Origin: Candidatus Latescibacterota bacterium
GTDB lineage: Bacteria > Latescibacterota > UBA2968 > UBA8231
Direction: 5' to 3'
DNA length: 64,000 bases
Assembly (NCBI GenBank): GCA_965242865.1
Contig: CBDETK010000013.1
Location: 448,001 to 512,000 of the forward strand
The number at the start of each line of letters is the position of its first letter. The first letter of the stretch is position 1. Made by a program: the position numbers and the translations under genes. Below, one piece after another: positions 49,850 to 59,748 of the stretch. Under the pieces are notes generated by a model. The model had not been told where the DNA came from and did no database searches. It saw only the letters and a program-made list of their open reading frames with translations.

Positions 49850-51497
49850 CGCAATGCGGTATGGGATCGGCTTGGCCCTGCTCGGCTGCGCTCCGGCGCT
49901 GGCCGGCGAGTGGGTGCAGGTCGGGGCCGACAGCTTTGCCGGCGGCCTCTTTGCCGGCACGGAAATCAACCGCGCCGGGCAGGTGTCGCTGGCCTCCTTC
50001 CGCGGGGTCAATCTCGCCTTGGACGCGACCGCTTCCTCCGGGCCGAACACCTTGAGCGGCCGGCGCAGCGTCACCGACGGCAATGCCGACACCGAGTGGC
50101 GCTTTGACAACGAGGTCGAAGTGCTGGGCAAGTGGATTCAGATCGACTTGGGCGGCGACCGCGGCGTGAGCCAAGTGCGCCTGCTGCCGGGCAAGACCGT
50201 GGCCCAACGCCCCTTGTTTTTCGTCAAGGGCTACCGCCTCGAAGTGGCGCAGGAGGCCACGCCCGACGATTGGGTGTTGGTGGCGCAACAAGCGGAAAAC
50301 ATCCGCCCGACGGTCGATACATCCGCGGACTCAACGTGGATTGAGACCGGCACCGGCGGGGTGCCCCTGCCGGTGTTGGGCCGGTTTGTGCGCCTGCGCC
50401 TGACGCGAGAGGACCCGCCCAACTGGGTCTCCATCGGGGAGGTCGAAGTGTTCGGCGAGGGCTTTGGGGCCGAGGGGACGTTTGAGTCGGCCGTGTTTGA
50501 CGCCGGGCAGCCGGTCAACTTGGGGCGCGTGTGGTTTGCCGGGCAGACGCCGCCGGGCACGGTCTTGCGGGTGCAGTTCCGCACCTCGGCCGACGGGGAG
50601 ATGTGGCCCGAGTGGCACCGAGTGCCGGCGTGGGACTTGGCGGCAGTCGGCGCGGGCGTGGCCTTGGCCGAGCCGGAGCCAGCGCGGTTTTTGCAGTACC
50701 GGGCGGCCATGGAAACGCGCGACCCGTTGCGCACCCCGGGGCTGACCCAGGTGGCGGTGGCCTTTGGCGAGCAGCTTTTTGCGCAGGCGGTGGCCGGGGC
50801 GATTGCGCCGCAGCGGCCGGTCTTGGGCGCGGAGACGGTGTTCACCTACGCGCTCGACGTGGAAATCGGCCCGGACGATCTCGGGTTTGACCGAGTGCAT
50901 ATCGGCCTGCCGGGCGCGGTGCAGCAGGTGCGGTTCGACGGAGCGGTGCTGCCGGAGGACGGGTATGAGGCCGGGTGGGACGACGAGGGGCTTTGGCTGG
51001 CGTTGGCGGCCGAGCACCGCGTAGAGCGGTCCGGGCGGCTCGAAGTGGAGTTTGCGTCCGTGCTGTTGCGGCCCACGCTGGCGGTGCGCGCGGCCGTTGC
51101 CTTGGGCGATAGCACCAATCGGCAGAACGCGGGGCCGGCCGGGGAAGACGCTTGGACCTTGGTGGGAGAAGGAGTGGTAGGCCGCGCCCTGCCGCGCACC
51201 GGCGTGTCCGTGCAGCCCAATCCCTTTAACGCGGCCTCCGGGCCGACCCAAATCCAGATCGACTTGGCCAAGGTGCAGCACCCGCAGGCGTTGACAGTGG
51301 CCCTGTACGACTTGGCGGGCCGGCGGGTGCAGGTGCTGTGGGACGATCGGCCGGCTGCGGCCGGTCGCAAACGCTTGGCGTGGGATGGCCGCGACCGGAG
51401 CGGTCGGCTGGTCGCGCCCGGGCATTATCTGCTGCGCATCGAAATTGATGCGGACCGCGCCGATGTGTGGACCGGGCTGGTCGGGGTGGTGTACTAA
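49842..51497 (+). CDS. Exported discoidin/F5-8-like plus FlgD-Ig domain protein
   Basis: Signal peptide; NLALDATASS...TDGNADTEW...WIQIDLG...GRFVRL...IGEVEVFG; C-terminal QPNPFN...YDLAGRRV...WDGRDRSG...PGHY. Confidence 0.75.
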   Translation: MINAMRYGIGLALLGCAPALAGEWVQVGADSFAGGLFAGTEINRAGQVSLASFRGVNLALDATASSGPNTLSGRRSVTDGNADTEWRFDNEVEVLGKWIQIDLGGDRGVSQVRLLPGKTVAQRPLFFVKGYRLEVAQEATPDDWVLVAQQAENIRPTVDTSADSTWIETGTGGVPLPVLGRFVRLRLTREDPPNWVSIGEVEVFGEGFGAEGTFESAVFDAGQPVNLGRVWFAGQTPPGTVLRVQFRTSADGEMWPEWHRVPAWDLAAVGAGVALAEPEPARFLQYRAAMETRDPLRTPGLTQVAVAFGEQLFAQAVAGAIAPQRPVLGAETVFTYALDVEIGPDDLGFDRVHIGLPGAVQQVRFDGAVLPEDGYEAGWDDEGLWLALAAEHRVERSGRLEVEFASVLLRPTLAVRAAVALGDSTNRQNAGPAGEDAWTLVGEGVVGRALPRTGVSVQPNPFNAASGPTQIQIDLAKVQHPQALTVALYDLAGRRVQVLWDDRPAAAGRKRLAWDGRDRSGRLVAPGHYLLRIEIDADRADVWTGLVGVVY

Positions 51498-54145
51498 TGA
51501 AACGGAAGAAGAAGGAGAGCCTTATGAGCGGTCGACGATGGATGTTCGCGAGTGCCTTGCTGGTTGCCGGGGGGCCGCTGGCGGCAGACCTGCCGGACGC
51601 AGCCCCACCGCGCCACTTTCTGCGGCGGCCGCCCCTGAGCGCGTACACCAATTACGGCGAAGACCTCTACCGGCCCTATCGCCGCGAGATTCGCTTGGCC
51701 CCGCGCTACGACTTCCTCGGCCGCTTCCTCGCCGAAGGCTTCCTCGTCTATGAGTTGGACGAGCAGCGGCCCGGGGGCAGCCGCATCCTCAAGGACCGGC
51801 TCTACCGCTCGCTCAACAACCTGATCATCGCCCACGACAGCTACGGCCCGTGGCATTGGTCTTTGACTGTGGGCGACGAGGTGCGCACCGAGTTTACGCC
51901 GTTGACGTTTCGGCAGGCCGGCTTTAATGGCTTGCGCTGGGACGTGGTCTTTCCGGGCAACAAAATCACCTTGCTGACCACGCGCGGCTTTGACTCGTCG
52001 TTGTTCCCCACGCTCAACAGCTTTTCCGACCCGGTCGCCCAAGGGCGGGGGTCGCTGATCGACTACTTGGAGCGAATCGAGGAAAACCCGGTGTACAATC
52101 TCGCCGGGCACTGGCAGACCCGCATCGGCGATGTGCTGCGCTTTGGCGCGACCGTTGTCAACCAACACCAAGCCAATACGGCCCGGGGCAGCGCCGGCGG
52201 CTTTTTGCGCGGCGGCATTCCCTATCCGGCCATGCAGGCGCCGAGCGAGATTACCGTGCGCGTCCGCGACGACTCGCCGCAAAGCGACGAGGCCGGGGCC
52301 GTTGTGTACGACATCGTCGTCGAGTTGGAAGGGGAAGGGCCGGAGGGAGCGGCCACGATCAGCAGCGACTTGGCCGACGACCGCTTCGACCCGGTGCTGC
52401 AACCGGAGGTGCTGGGCGGGCGGCGCGGCGATGGCTTTCGCGAGGTGCGCGGCGAGGAGGTGGTGGAATACCTGTTTGTGGTGCCGGAAAACTTCGCGCC
52501 GCGCCGGGCGCGGGTGCGGGCGGTGGTGGCCAACGACTACCGCATTGAGGTGGCGCAGCAGCACCCCTTTTTCGACGCGCTGCGCAATCAGTTCACCCCG
52601 CGCAACACGTCCTTTGAGACGCGGGTGCGAGCGACCGGGGAGGTGCGCGATTTTTCCAACCGCCGGGCCGTGGAGTTTGAGCACGGCTTTTCCACCGGGC
52701 AGACGATTTTTGGCTTTGACGTGGAGGGGACGTTTGTGGGGCTGAAGGTGCGCGGCGAATACCAGCGCAACGTGCTCTACCGCAGCTTCCCGGTGCTGCG
52801 CGGCCGGCACGGCCGCCAACAGGCGACCGGGTGGTACTTCAACGCGCTCAAGGATGTCGGTCGCTTGGAGTTGGGCGGGGAAATTTTCCACATCGGGCCG
52901 CGCTACGGCGGCGGGTACGACAGTCGGCGCGGCGGGGTGCGGCTCTACACGGACTTGGGCGGAGAAAGCCAAGACCAACAGGTGCTGTCCGAGTTCCCCT
53001 TGGTCGACGACAACGACGACAACGACCGCTACGCGGACGACAATTTGCGCGATTACCCCAACGGCTCCGAGACCGAGTCCGGCGTCTTCCCGGGGCTGGA
53101 CGAGGACAACGACAACATCCCGGACGACGACAAAAACGCCAATGGCGTCCCGGACTTTGAGGAGCCGTTTTTGCTCTACTACTCGGACCCGCAGGAGTTT
53201 GTCTATGGCATTGACTTGAACAACAACGGCGTCATTGACGAGCGCGAAAACGACAACAAGCCCGACTACCCCTACGACCGCGACCGGCGCGGCCTGCACG
53301 GCTTTGTGGCCTTGCCGCGCTGGAGCGGCCTGTCGGCCGGGGTTGGGTACTATCGCCAAGACGAGATCGCCGGGCCGGGTCGGGCGGTGTCGCGCTACGG
53401 CCGGGTGTCCTATCGCTTTGACGTGCCGCGGTGGGGGCAAGTCCAGCTCGACCACGACAGCAAGCGGGTCGAAGACACCGTGCCGGACTCGGTGTACGTC
53501 TTTCGGGCTGGCGAGAACAACAACCCGGATCAGCCGCCCACGCCCGACGCCTTGCTGATGGCCGACTCCTGGGTGCATACCTCGTTTGTCGGCACCCGGT
53601 TTGCGCGGCTGGACCGGCTCCACCTTGAAAACAACGCGCAGTGGATCTTGAACCGGCAGTTGGCGGCTTCGGCCCGTCGGCAGACCTTCACGATGGTCAA
53701 CAAGGCCGATTACACCTACGAATTAGCCCGCTTGCGCGTCCACCTCATGATCAAGCACCTGTACAAGCACGTCACCGCCAGCGACCGGCGGCGGGCGGTG
53801 GAGTCGTGGAACCAGCTCGCGCCCATCGTGCGCGCGGATTGGCGGCTCACCGAGAATACCTTGGTGCAATTCGGCCAGCAGGGGCTGGGGGTGCCGTTCA
53901 CGCGCACGTTGTTGCCGGCGCTGGCCTTTCGCTTCTTTGACCGCGTCGATCGCGAGCGCGAGCTGCGCTCGGCCAGTTCGGTGCTGATGTTTACGGTGCG
54001 GGGCACGTACATCGGCTACACCATGGTTGCCAACACCGGAATCGAGCTGCGCCACGAGGAATTTGCCGACCCGGCCGTGGCGCGGACGCGCGACGGTGGG
54101 GTGTCGCGGTTTTTCATCTCAGTTATCGCAGGATACGAACGCTAA
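51497..54145 (+). CDS. Large putative outer-membrane protein with Asp/Asn-rich Ca-binding-like insert
   Basis: Signal peptide (alternative ATG 51524), amphipathic beta strands, DDNDDNDRYADD...DEDNDNIPDDDKNANGVPD...DLNNNGVID, C-terminal FFISVIAGY. Confidence 0.65.
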   Translation: MKRKKKESLMSGRRWMFASALLVAGGPLAADLPDAAPPRHFLRRPPLSAYTNYGEDLYRPYRREIRLAPRYDFLGRFLAEGFLVYELDEQRPGGSRILKDRLYRSLNNLIIAHDSYGPWHWSLTVGDEVRTEFTPLTFRQAGFNGLRWDVVFPGNKITLLTTRGFDSSLFPTLNSFSDPVAQGRGSLIDYLERIEENPVYNLAGHWQTRIGDVLRFGATVVNQHQANTARGSAGGFLRGGIPYPAMQAPSEITVRVRDDSPQSDEAGAVVYDIVVELEGEGPEGAATISSDLADDRFDPVLQPEVLGGRRGDGFREVRGEEVVEYLFVVPENFAPRRARVRAVVANDYRIEVAQQHPFFDALRNQFTPRNTSFETRVRATGEVRDFSNRRAVEFEHGFSTGQTIFGFDVEGTFVGLKVRGEYQRNVLYRSFPVLRGRHGRQQATGWYFNALKDVGRLELGGEIFHIGPRYGGGYDSRRGGVRLYTDLGGESQDQQVLSEFPLVDDNDDNDRYADDNLRDYPNGSETESGVFPGLDEDNDNIPDDDKNANGVPDFEEPFLLYYSDPQEFVYGIDLNNNGVIDERENDNKPDYPYDRDRRGLHGFVALPRWSGLSAGVGYYRQDEIAGPGRAVSRYGRVSYRFDVPRWGQVQLDHDSKRVEDTVPDSVYVFRAGENNNPDQPPTPDALLMADSWVHTSFVGTRFARLDRLHLENNAQWILNRQLAASARRQTFTMVNKADYTYELARLRVHLMIKHLYKHVTASDRRRAVESWNQLAPIVRADWRLTENTLVQFGQQGLGVPFTRTLLPALAFRFFDRVDRERELRSASSVLMFTVRGTYIGYTMVANTGIELRHEEFADPAVARTRDGGVSRFFISVIAGYER

Positions 54146-57100
54146 TGACTATTTGGCTTCCCTTGATGCTGGCCGGCTTGGTGACCGGCAGCCAGTTTGT
54201 GACCAATCCCGAGGATTTGGGCAAGCGCTTTGCGCGGGCGCAAAAGCTCTTGGCGACCGGCGACTTTGCTGGGGCGCAGCGGGTGTACGAGGGCGTGTTG
54301 GCCGTGCAGGATGGGCCGCTGATGCGCGCCTCACACGTGCGCGTAGTCGTGGATGAGTACGCGGTGGGCGTCCAAGCGGCCGCGCGCTACCAGTTGGCCA
54401 ACATGGCCCGCAAGCAGGCGCAGTTGTGGCGGCAGGAGGCTGCGTTGGCCGATTCGGCCACGGCCGATTCGCTGGCCGGGCGCGCGACGGCGTCCCTGCG
54501 GAAAGCGGCCGAGCGCTTTGCTGCGTTGCGCGACGAGCCCGGGTTTGAGCTGCGCGCGACGGCCGCGTACCTCGTGGTTGAGTGCTTTTTTGAGGCCGCG
54601 GGCTACGCAGAGGCGGCCGCGGCCGGGCAGGTGTTGTTGCGCCTGTTCCCCGAGGGGCGTTATGCCGAGCGGACGCGCTATACCCTCGGCTGGGCGTGGT
54701 TTTACCAGCAGGAATACGCCGCGGCCGTGGCGGCCTTTGCCGAGTACGTGCAGCGCGCACCGGCCGGCATTCGGGCCGACCGGGCGCAGTTGCAACTGGG
54801 GCTGGCGCTGGAGGAGTTGGGCCGCTATGCCGAGGCGCTCGCGGCGTTTGAGCCGCTGGCCCAGGCCTACGACCCGGCCGGCATGGGCGACGCAGAGAAG
54901 CGAGCCGTGGCCTTGGCCGGGTTGCGCGAAGGGCAGTCGCGGCGCGCGCTGGCGGCCAAGGCGTGGATCAAGTGCGGCGACATGCTCAAGGAGTTGGGCC
55001 GCTATGCTGAGTCGCTGGCCGCGTACAAGAAGGTCAGCCGCGACTTTCCGCAGGAGCCCCAGCTCGCCGAGCAGGCTTGGGTGCGGCAGGCCCTGTTGGC
55101 CCAGACCGCGCACGGGGTGGACGCCAGCTTGGACGTGTACCGCTATGCGGCCGAGCAGGCCGAGCGGCCGGCCTTTCGGGCGCGGATGCAGGCCGGGCTG
55201 ATGAGCCTGCTCTTTGACGAGGGCCGCTACCGGGAAGCGCTGGCGGCCCACCGGCTCTACCTAACTGCGTATCAGGCGTTTACCGACGAGGCCGGGGTGT
55301 CGATCGACGAGGCCGTGTTCCGCCAAGCCGAGTGTCTGCGGCTGCTGGGGGAAGAGAGCGCGGTCGCCGATAGCACCCAAGGGTGGTTTGCCGAGGCGCT
55401 GACCTTGTACGGGGAGGTGGGGTCGTACTTGGCGGCCGAGGCTTGGTTTTGGCAGGGCACCATTCATCAGGCCCTAAGCGACTCGGCCGCGGCCTTGGCC
55501 CAGTTTGAGCGAGTCGTGGGCGGGCCGGCCGGGCCGGAGTTGGCCTGTCGCGCCCTGTTGCAAATCGCCGGCCTGCGCCACGAGCAAAGCGACGCGCTCT
55601 ACGAACAGATTTTGGCCCAATGCGCCGACGAGGACGTGCGCGGGTTGGCCGCTCTGATGCTGGGCCGCCGCTATCGGCAGGCCGGGCGCGGCGAGCCAGC
55701 GCGCCGGATGCTGGAGTCCATCGGCCCGACCCAGCCCCAGTATCTCCACGCCCAGATGGAGTTGGCCCAGCTTTACGCCGCGGAGGGGGCGGACGACGAG
55801 GCCATCGCCCTAATTGCGCGGCAGGTGGAGCAGACGCCCAATGCCCAACTCACCGCGCAGTTGGGGCTGCTGCACCAAGGGCGCGGCGAGCACGAACAGG
55901 CCCTGCCCCTGTTGCGCCAAGCCCTGTCGCAGTTGGCCGGGAGCGAGGCGACCACGGCGCGGGTGGGCTTGGGCTGGAGCCTGTACAAGACCGAGCAGTA
56001 CGAAGCGGCGTGGGCGGCGTGGGCGGCCGCGTTGCAGGCCGGGGATTTGGCCGGCGACCCGCGGCGCGCCCTGTTGCAGGCGATGAGCGCGTGTGCCCAG
56101 ACCTTGGAGGACAGCGAGCGCATGGAAGCGGTCTATCGCGCCATGCTGACCAACGAAGCCACGCGCATTGAGGGCTCGTTGGGCTTGGCGCAGTGGTATC
56201 TAGCGCAGGATGAGGCCGCGCAGGCCGTGGCCCAAGTGCGTCCCCTGCTGGAGCGCGCGAACCGCGCGTGGCTCCTGCTGGGCCGGGCGTTGGTGGCCCA
56301 AGACAGCTTGGCCGCGGCGCGGGCGGTTTTGGCCGAGGGGTTGGCGCGGGCCGAGGGGCCAGCCACGGCGGCCGAATTCCACTTTGAGCTGGGCAATGCG
56401 GCCTTGGGCGAGCGCGATTACGCGGCGGCCGCGCAGGCGTTTGGCGCGGTCTTGCCGGCGACGCCGCGCCGGTCCATGCAGGCCGCGGCCCTGTTCTACT
56501 TGGGGCACAGCCGGCAAGCGGGCGGCGATCAGGCCGGGGCGCGGGCGGCCTTTGAAAAGCTGGTCGCCACCTATCCCGAGCAACCGCAGGCGTCCGAGGC
56601 CGAATTGCTGCTCGGGGAGCTCCACTACGAGGCCAAGGAATACGAGCAAGCGCTGGCGGCCTACCAGCGCGTGTTCGACGCGTACCCGGACAGCAAGGAT
56701 GCGCCCGAAGCCCTGTACGGCGCGGCGTGGTGCCAGTTGGAGCTGGAGCGGGTCGAGCCGATGCGCGACCTCTTTTTGCGCTTGGCGCGCGATTTTCCCC
56801 AGCACGAACGCGCCCATCAGGGGCTCATGCACATCGGCGATTACTACTACAACGGCCACCAGTTCCTCAAAGCGTCGCGGCTCTACGCGCAGGTGGTGGA
56901 TCGGTTCCCGGAGACGGCCGAGGCCTTGCAAGCGCGTCAGTTGCTGGCGTACCTGTCAGACGCGGAGGCCGACTCGCTCTACAGCAAGGGCATGGTGCTC
57001 TACGAGGAGGGCGAGTTTGCGCGGGCCATCGCGGTGTTAGAAGCGGTGATCGCCCAGTACCCCAACACCCCCAGCGAGGCCGCGGCCCGGTGCAACATCG

Positions 57101-57267
57101 GGGTTTCTTATTTCCAGCTAGCAGACTGGCGTCGGGCCGCACAAGCGTATGACGAGGCCATTGCGGCCTTAGAGGGGAGAGAGGAAGAATGGCGGGCTTT
57201 GGATTTTGCGCGCGGCAATCGAGAGCTGATTGGCCGCACGTACTTGGGCGAGGTGGCAACGGAATGA
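54145..57267 (+). CDS. Large exported TPR protein (BamD/CpoB-like repeats)
   Basis: Many A..Y.LG....Y..A...F......YP motifs over 1040 aa; TAATG coupling to the upstream gene. Confidence 0.85.
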   Translation: MTIWLPLMLAGLVTGSQFVTNPEDLGKRFARAQKLLATGDFAGAQRVYEGVLAVQDGPLMRASHVRVVVDEYAVGVQAAARYQLANMARKQAQLWRQEAALADSATADSLAGRATASLRKAAERFAALRDEPGFELRATAAYLVVECFFEAAGYAEAAAAGQVLLRLFPEGRYAERTRYTLGWAWFYQQEYAAAVAAFAEYVQRAPAGIRADRAQLQLGLALEELGRYAEALAAFEPLAQAYDPAGMGDAEKRAVALAGLREGQSRRALAAKAWIKCGDMLKELGRYAESLAAYKKVSRDFPQEPQLAEQAWVRQALLAQTAHGVDASLDVYRYAAEQAERPAFRARMQAGLMSLLFDEGRYREALAAHRLYLTAYQAFTDEAGVSIDEAVFRQAECLRLLGEESAVADSTQGWFAEALTLYGEVGSYLAAEAWFWQGTIHQALSDSAAALAQFERVVGGPAGPELACRALLQIAGLRHEQSDALYEQILAQCADEDVRGLAALMLGRRYRQAGRGEPARRMLESIGPTQPQYLHAQMELAQLYAAEGADDEAIALIARQVEQTPNAQLTAQLGLLHQGRGEHEQALPLLRQALSQLAGSEATTARVGLGWSLYKTEQYEAAWAAWAAALQAGDLAGDPRRALLQAMSACAQTLEDSERMEAVYRAMLTNEATRIEGSLGLAQWYLAQDEAAQAVAQVRPLLERANRAWLLLGRALVAQDSLAAARAVLAEGLARAEGPATAAEFHFELGNAALGERDYAAAAQAFGAVLPATPRRSMQAAALFYLGHSRQAGGDQAGARAAFEKLVATYPEQPQASEAELLLGELHYEAKEYEQALAAYQRVFDAYPDSKDAPEALYGAAWCQLELERVEPMRDLFLRLARDFPQHERAHQGLMHIGDYYYNGHQFLKASRLYAQVVDRFPETAEALQARQLLAYLSDAEADSLYSKGMVLYEEGEFARAIAVLEAVIAQYPNTPSEAAARCNIGVSYFQLADWRRAAQAYDEAIAALEGREEEWRALDFARGNRELIGRTYLGEVATE

Positions 57268-58001
57268 AAACTTGGGGATGGGGGACGCTCGCGCTGCTGG
57301 TGGCGGTCGGCTGCATTCGCTTTCCGCCCAACTTGCGCTACGCCGTCGGCGTCGCGCCGCAAGACGCCCTGTTGCAGGACGCCGCTTATTACTTCGACCC
57401 GGAAGACAGCACCACGGTGTTTGCCGACGAGGGCTTTCGCCTCAAGCTGCGCCACCTCGGCGATCCAGCCCTAAATCGGGAGTACGCCCGCTTTACCTTC
57501 CGCGAGCCAAACCTGAATCCCTTTACCTACGGCACGGACCGCGACTTGGACCGGGGGTACGCGCCGCCGCGCTTTACCGTGTTTGAGATGACGGTGGTCA
57601 ACCAAACCTATCCCAAGGTGCGGGTCGATCCGGCGAAGATGGTGTTGCACACCGACCGGGGCGGCGAGTACCGCTACTGGGATGTGCTCAAGCGCGACGC
57701 GGACAACAGTTTTGAGCACTACTACATGGAGCGGCGCGGCAAGGGCGGCAACGAAGATTACTACTATCAGGAGCGCATGGGCTTGGTGCGGCAGGCGTTG
57801 TTTCGGCGGCATACGTTTGTGTTTAAGGGGGATACGTATAGCGGCAAAGTGGTCTTTGCGCCCCTGCACGAACAGGTGCGAGCGGTCACGGTTGAGATCG
57901 AGGACATCGTCTTGCGGGTCGATCCGTTCGACCGCCCCAAGCAGGTGACCAAGGCCGCGTTTGCGTTTGCGGTGACGCACGAGATCGCCCCCCAGCCGTG
58001 A
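57264..58001 (+). CDS. Putative lipoprotein of unknown function
   Basis: MKTWGWGTLALLVAVG-C lipobox-like signal; ATGA overlap. Confidence 0.7.
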   Translation: MKTWGWGTLALLVAVGCIRFPPNLRYAVGVAPQDALLQDAAYYFDPEDSTTVFADEGFRLKLRHLGDPALNREYARFTFREPNLNPFTYGTDRDLDRGYAPPRFTVFEMTVVNQTYPKVRVDPAKMVLHTDRGGEYRYWDVLKRDADNSFEHYYMERRGKGGNEDYYYQERMGLVRQALFRRHTFVFKGDTYSGKVVFAPLHEQVRAVTVEIEDIVLRVDPFDRPKQVTKAAFAFAVTHEIAPQP

Positions 58002-58879
58002 TCCTCGCTCTCCCCACCGACAAGCTGACGCCGCGCACGGCCGACGAGCTCCTCGCGGGGTTTCTCGACTACGCGCACGGGGCCGTGCCCGGGCAGCCCC
58101 TAGAGGTCGATTTGCGCTCCTTGCACTTTATCGACCCCTACGGCTTGGTGGCCTTGTGCTTGATGGCGCGCTACGGAGACGCGCTCTCGTCGCGGGTGGT
58201 CTTTCACCTGCCCCACGCCTTTGCCCTGCGCACCTACTTGGGCCGGGTGCGGTTTGCCGCGGCCGTGGACGGGGCTGAGTTGGCCGGCCCGACGCTCATC
58301 GTGGATCAGGAGCGAGAAAAGGAAGCAAGCGAGGCCCTGTTGGAAATCACGCGGATCGAGGAGCGGGCGGACATCGAGACCGTGTTGGGCAAAATCGGCC
58401 AGCGCGTCGAGGCGATTCTGGCCGAGGAATTGCGCTACACCGAAGTAGAAATCAACCAGTTCAAAAACGTCGTCGCCGAGCTGTGCCACAACATTCTCGA
58501 CCACAGCGAGAACTGGGGCTACCTAACGGCCCAGCGCTACTTGGATTCGCGGGTGGGCAAAAAGTACGTGGTCATTGGGGTGGGGGACTTGGGGATCGGG
58601 ATCAAAAAGAGCTTGTCCGTGCGCTACGACGCGGCCAATTGGTCGCACGGCACGGCCATCGTCAACTCCCTAAAGAAGCACTTTTCCTGCGACCCAACGC
58701 GCGGCCTCGGGCTGTACATCGTCAATCAGATTTGCAGCCGCTACAACGGCTCCCTGCACATCCGCTCCGGCGATACGCGCGTGTACATTCGCGGTCGGGG
58801 GCACTGGGAACACACCTCCGTCCACTTCCCGGGCACCCAAATCTCCATCGCGCTCTACGAGCGGGAAGGCCGGTCCTAG
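57998..58879 (+). CDS. STAS-like plus GHKL/HATPase domain protein (anti-sigma-kinase-like)
   Basis: VDLRSLHFIDPYGL (STAS-like); ELCHNILDHS, DLGIGI, RGLGL, GT boxes. Confidence 0.8.
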   Translation: MILALPTDKLTPRTADELLAGFLDYAHGAVPGQPLEVDLRSLHFIDPYGLVALCLMARYGDALSSRVVFHLPHAFALRTYLGRVRFAAAVDGAELAGPTLIVDQEREKEASEALLEITRIEERADIETVLGKIGQRVEAILAEELRYTEVEINQFKNVVAELCHNILDHSENWGYLTAQRYLDSRVGKKYVVIGVGDLGIGIKKSLSVRYDAANWSHGTAIVNSLKKHFSCDPTRGLGLYIVNQICSRYNGSLHIRSGDTRVYIRGRGHWEHTSVHFPGTQISIALYEREGRS

Positions 58880-58882
58880 CCG

Positions 58883-59017
58883 GTGTTTGGCGAGCGTCAC
58901 ACCCCGCCTAAGCCGCCGCGCTACGAGCCTTGGCTGCTGCTGGCCCTCGCGGTGCTCATCGCCGGCGTGGCCGTGGTTGTGTACGTGGCCGCGAGCGCGT
59001 TGTTTGCCGGCCCCTAG
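58883..59017 (+). CDS. Small single-pass membrane protein (44 aa)
   Basis: Manual translation MFGERHTPPKPPRYEPWLLLALAVLIAGVAVVVYVAASALFAGP*; GC-rich third positions; below the ORF-track cutoff. Confidence 0.55.
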   Translation: MFGERHTPPKPPRYEPWLLLALAVLIAGVAVVVYVAASALFAGP

Positions 59018-59074
59018 CCCCAGCATATTGGGATTCGTCCCATTCCGCATCGCTCATTTGGTGGTAGAAATTGC

Positions 59075-59103
59075 TTGACAGCCGAGAAATATCCGCGTAA
59101 GTT
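59075..59103 (+). promoter_or_regulatory. Putative sigma70 promoter
   Basis: TTGACA-17 bp-TAAGTT upstream of 59158. Confidence 0.65.
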
Positions 59104-59157
59104 TCTTTAATTGGATACAGTTAAGCTATTTTTTTAACGACGAGAGAGGCGCGGCTC

Positions 59158-59748
59158 ATGGATTCAGCCGTTGAAGAGCGCGTACCACAACAGGCCATAC
59201 ACCAAGCCCCCGCATACCTTTTCGCCGGCGAACAGGGCATTCTCAGCGGGCGGCCTCGGGGGGCCGATTTGCTCAAAGACCTGATGCAGCACCTGCTCCG
59301 CGGCCCGGCCGACGCAGCCACGCCGCTCGACTTTTCCCGGGTTTCATTCATAGATGTCTCGTGCGCCGACGAAATGCTCAACAAGCTGCTGTTGCGCCTA
59401 GCCAGCGGGGAGATTGGGCGGCGCTACGTCTATATCGCCGACGCCAACATCTCGGTGCGCGAGACCATCGCGGCCGTGTTGCAGCTCCGCGACTTGGCCG
59501 CGCTGTACAAAGATGGCGGGCGCGTCGAGGTGCTCGGGGTGCTCAAGACGCCGATGCGCGAGGTGCTCGACGTGCTGCTGGTGCGCAAGTGCGCGACCTC
59601 GGCTGCGATCTCGGCCGCGCTCGGCAAAAACATCAACATCGTCTGCAACCGCCTCAACGCCCTGCAACGCCTCGGGCTGGTGTGCCGCCTGCGCGATGGG
59701 TCGGTCGCCGGAGGGGGGCGGCAATTCTACTATGTCTCGATTGTCTAA
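59158..59748 (+). CDS. STAS-like (DUF4325-like) plus winged-HTH protein
   Basis: LSGRPRG, LDFSRVSFIDVSCADE; C-terminal TSAAISAALGKNINIVCNRLNALQRLGLV...GGRQFYY. Confidence 0.7.
   Translation: MDSAVEERVPQQAIHQAPAYLFAGEQGILSGRPRGADLLKDLMQHLLRGPADAATPLDFSRVSFIDVSCADEMLNKLLLRLASGEIGRRYVYIADANISVRETIAAVLQLRDLAALYKDGGRVEVLGVLKTPMREVLDVLLVRKCATSAAISAALGKNINIVCNRLNALQRLGLVCRLRDGSVAGGGRQFYYVSIV

Noticed and set aside
51494-53623. 709-aa minus-strand ORF
   Set aside because: Antisense shadow of the large plus-strand gene, which is coupled to its neighbours
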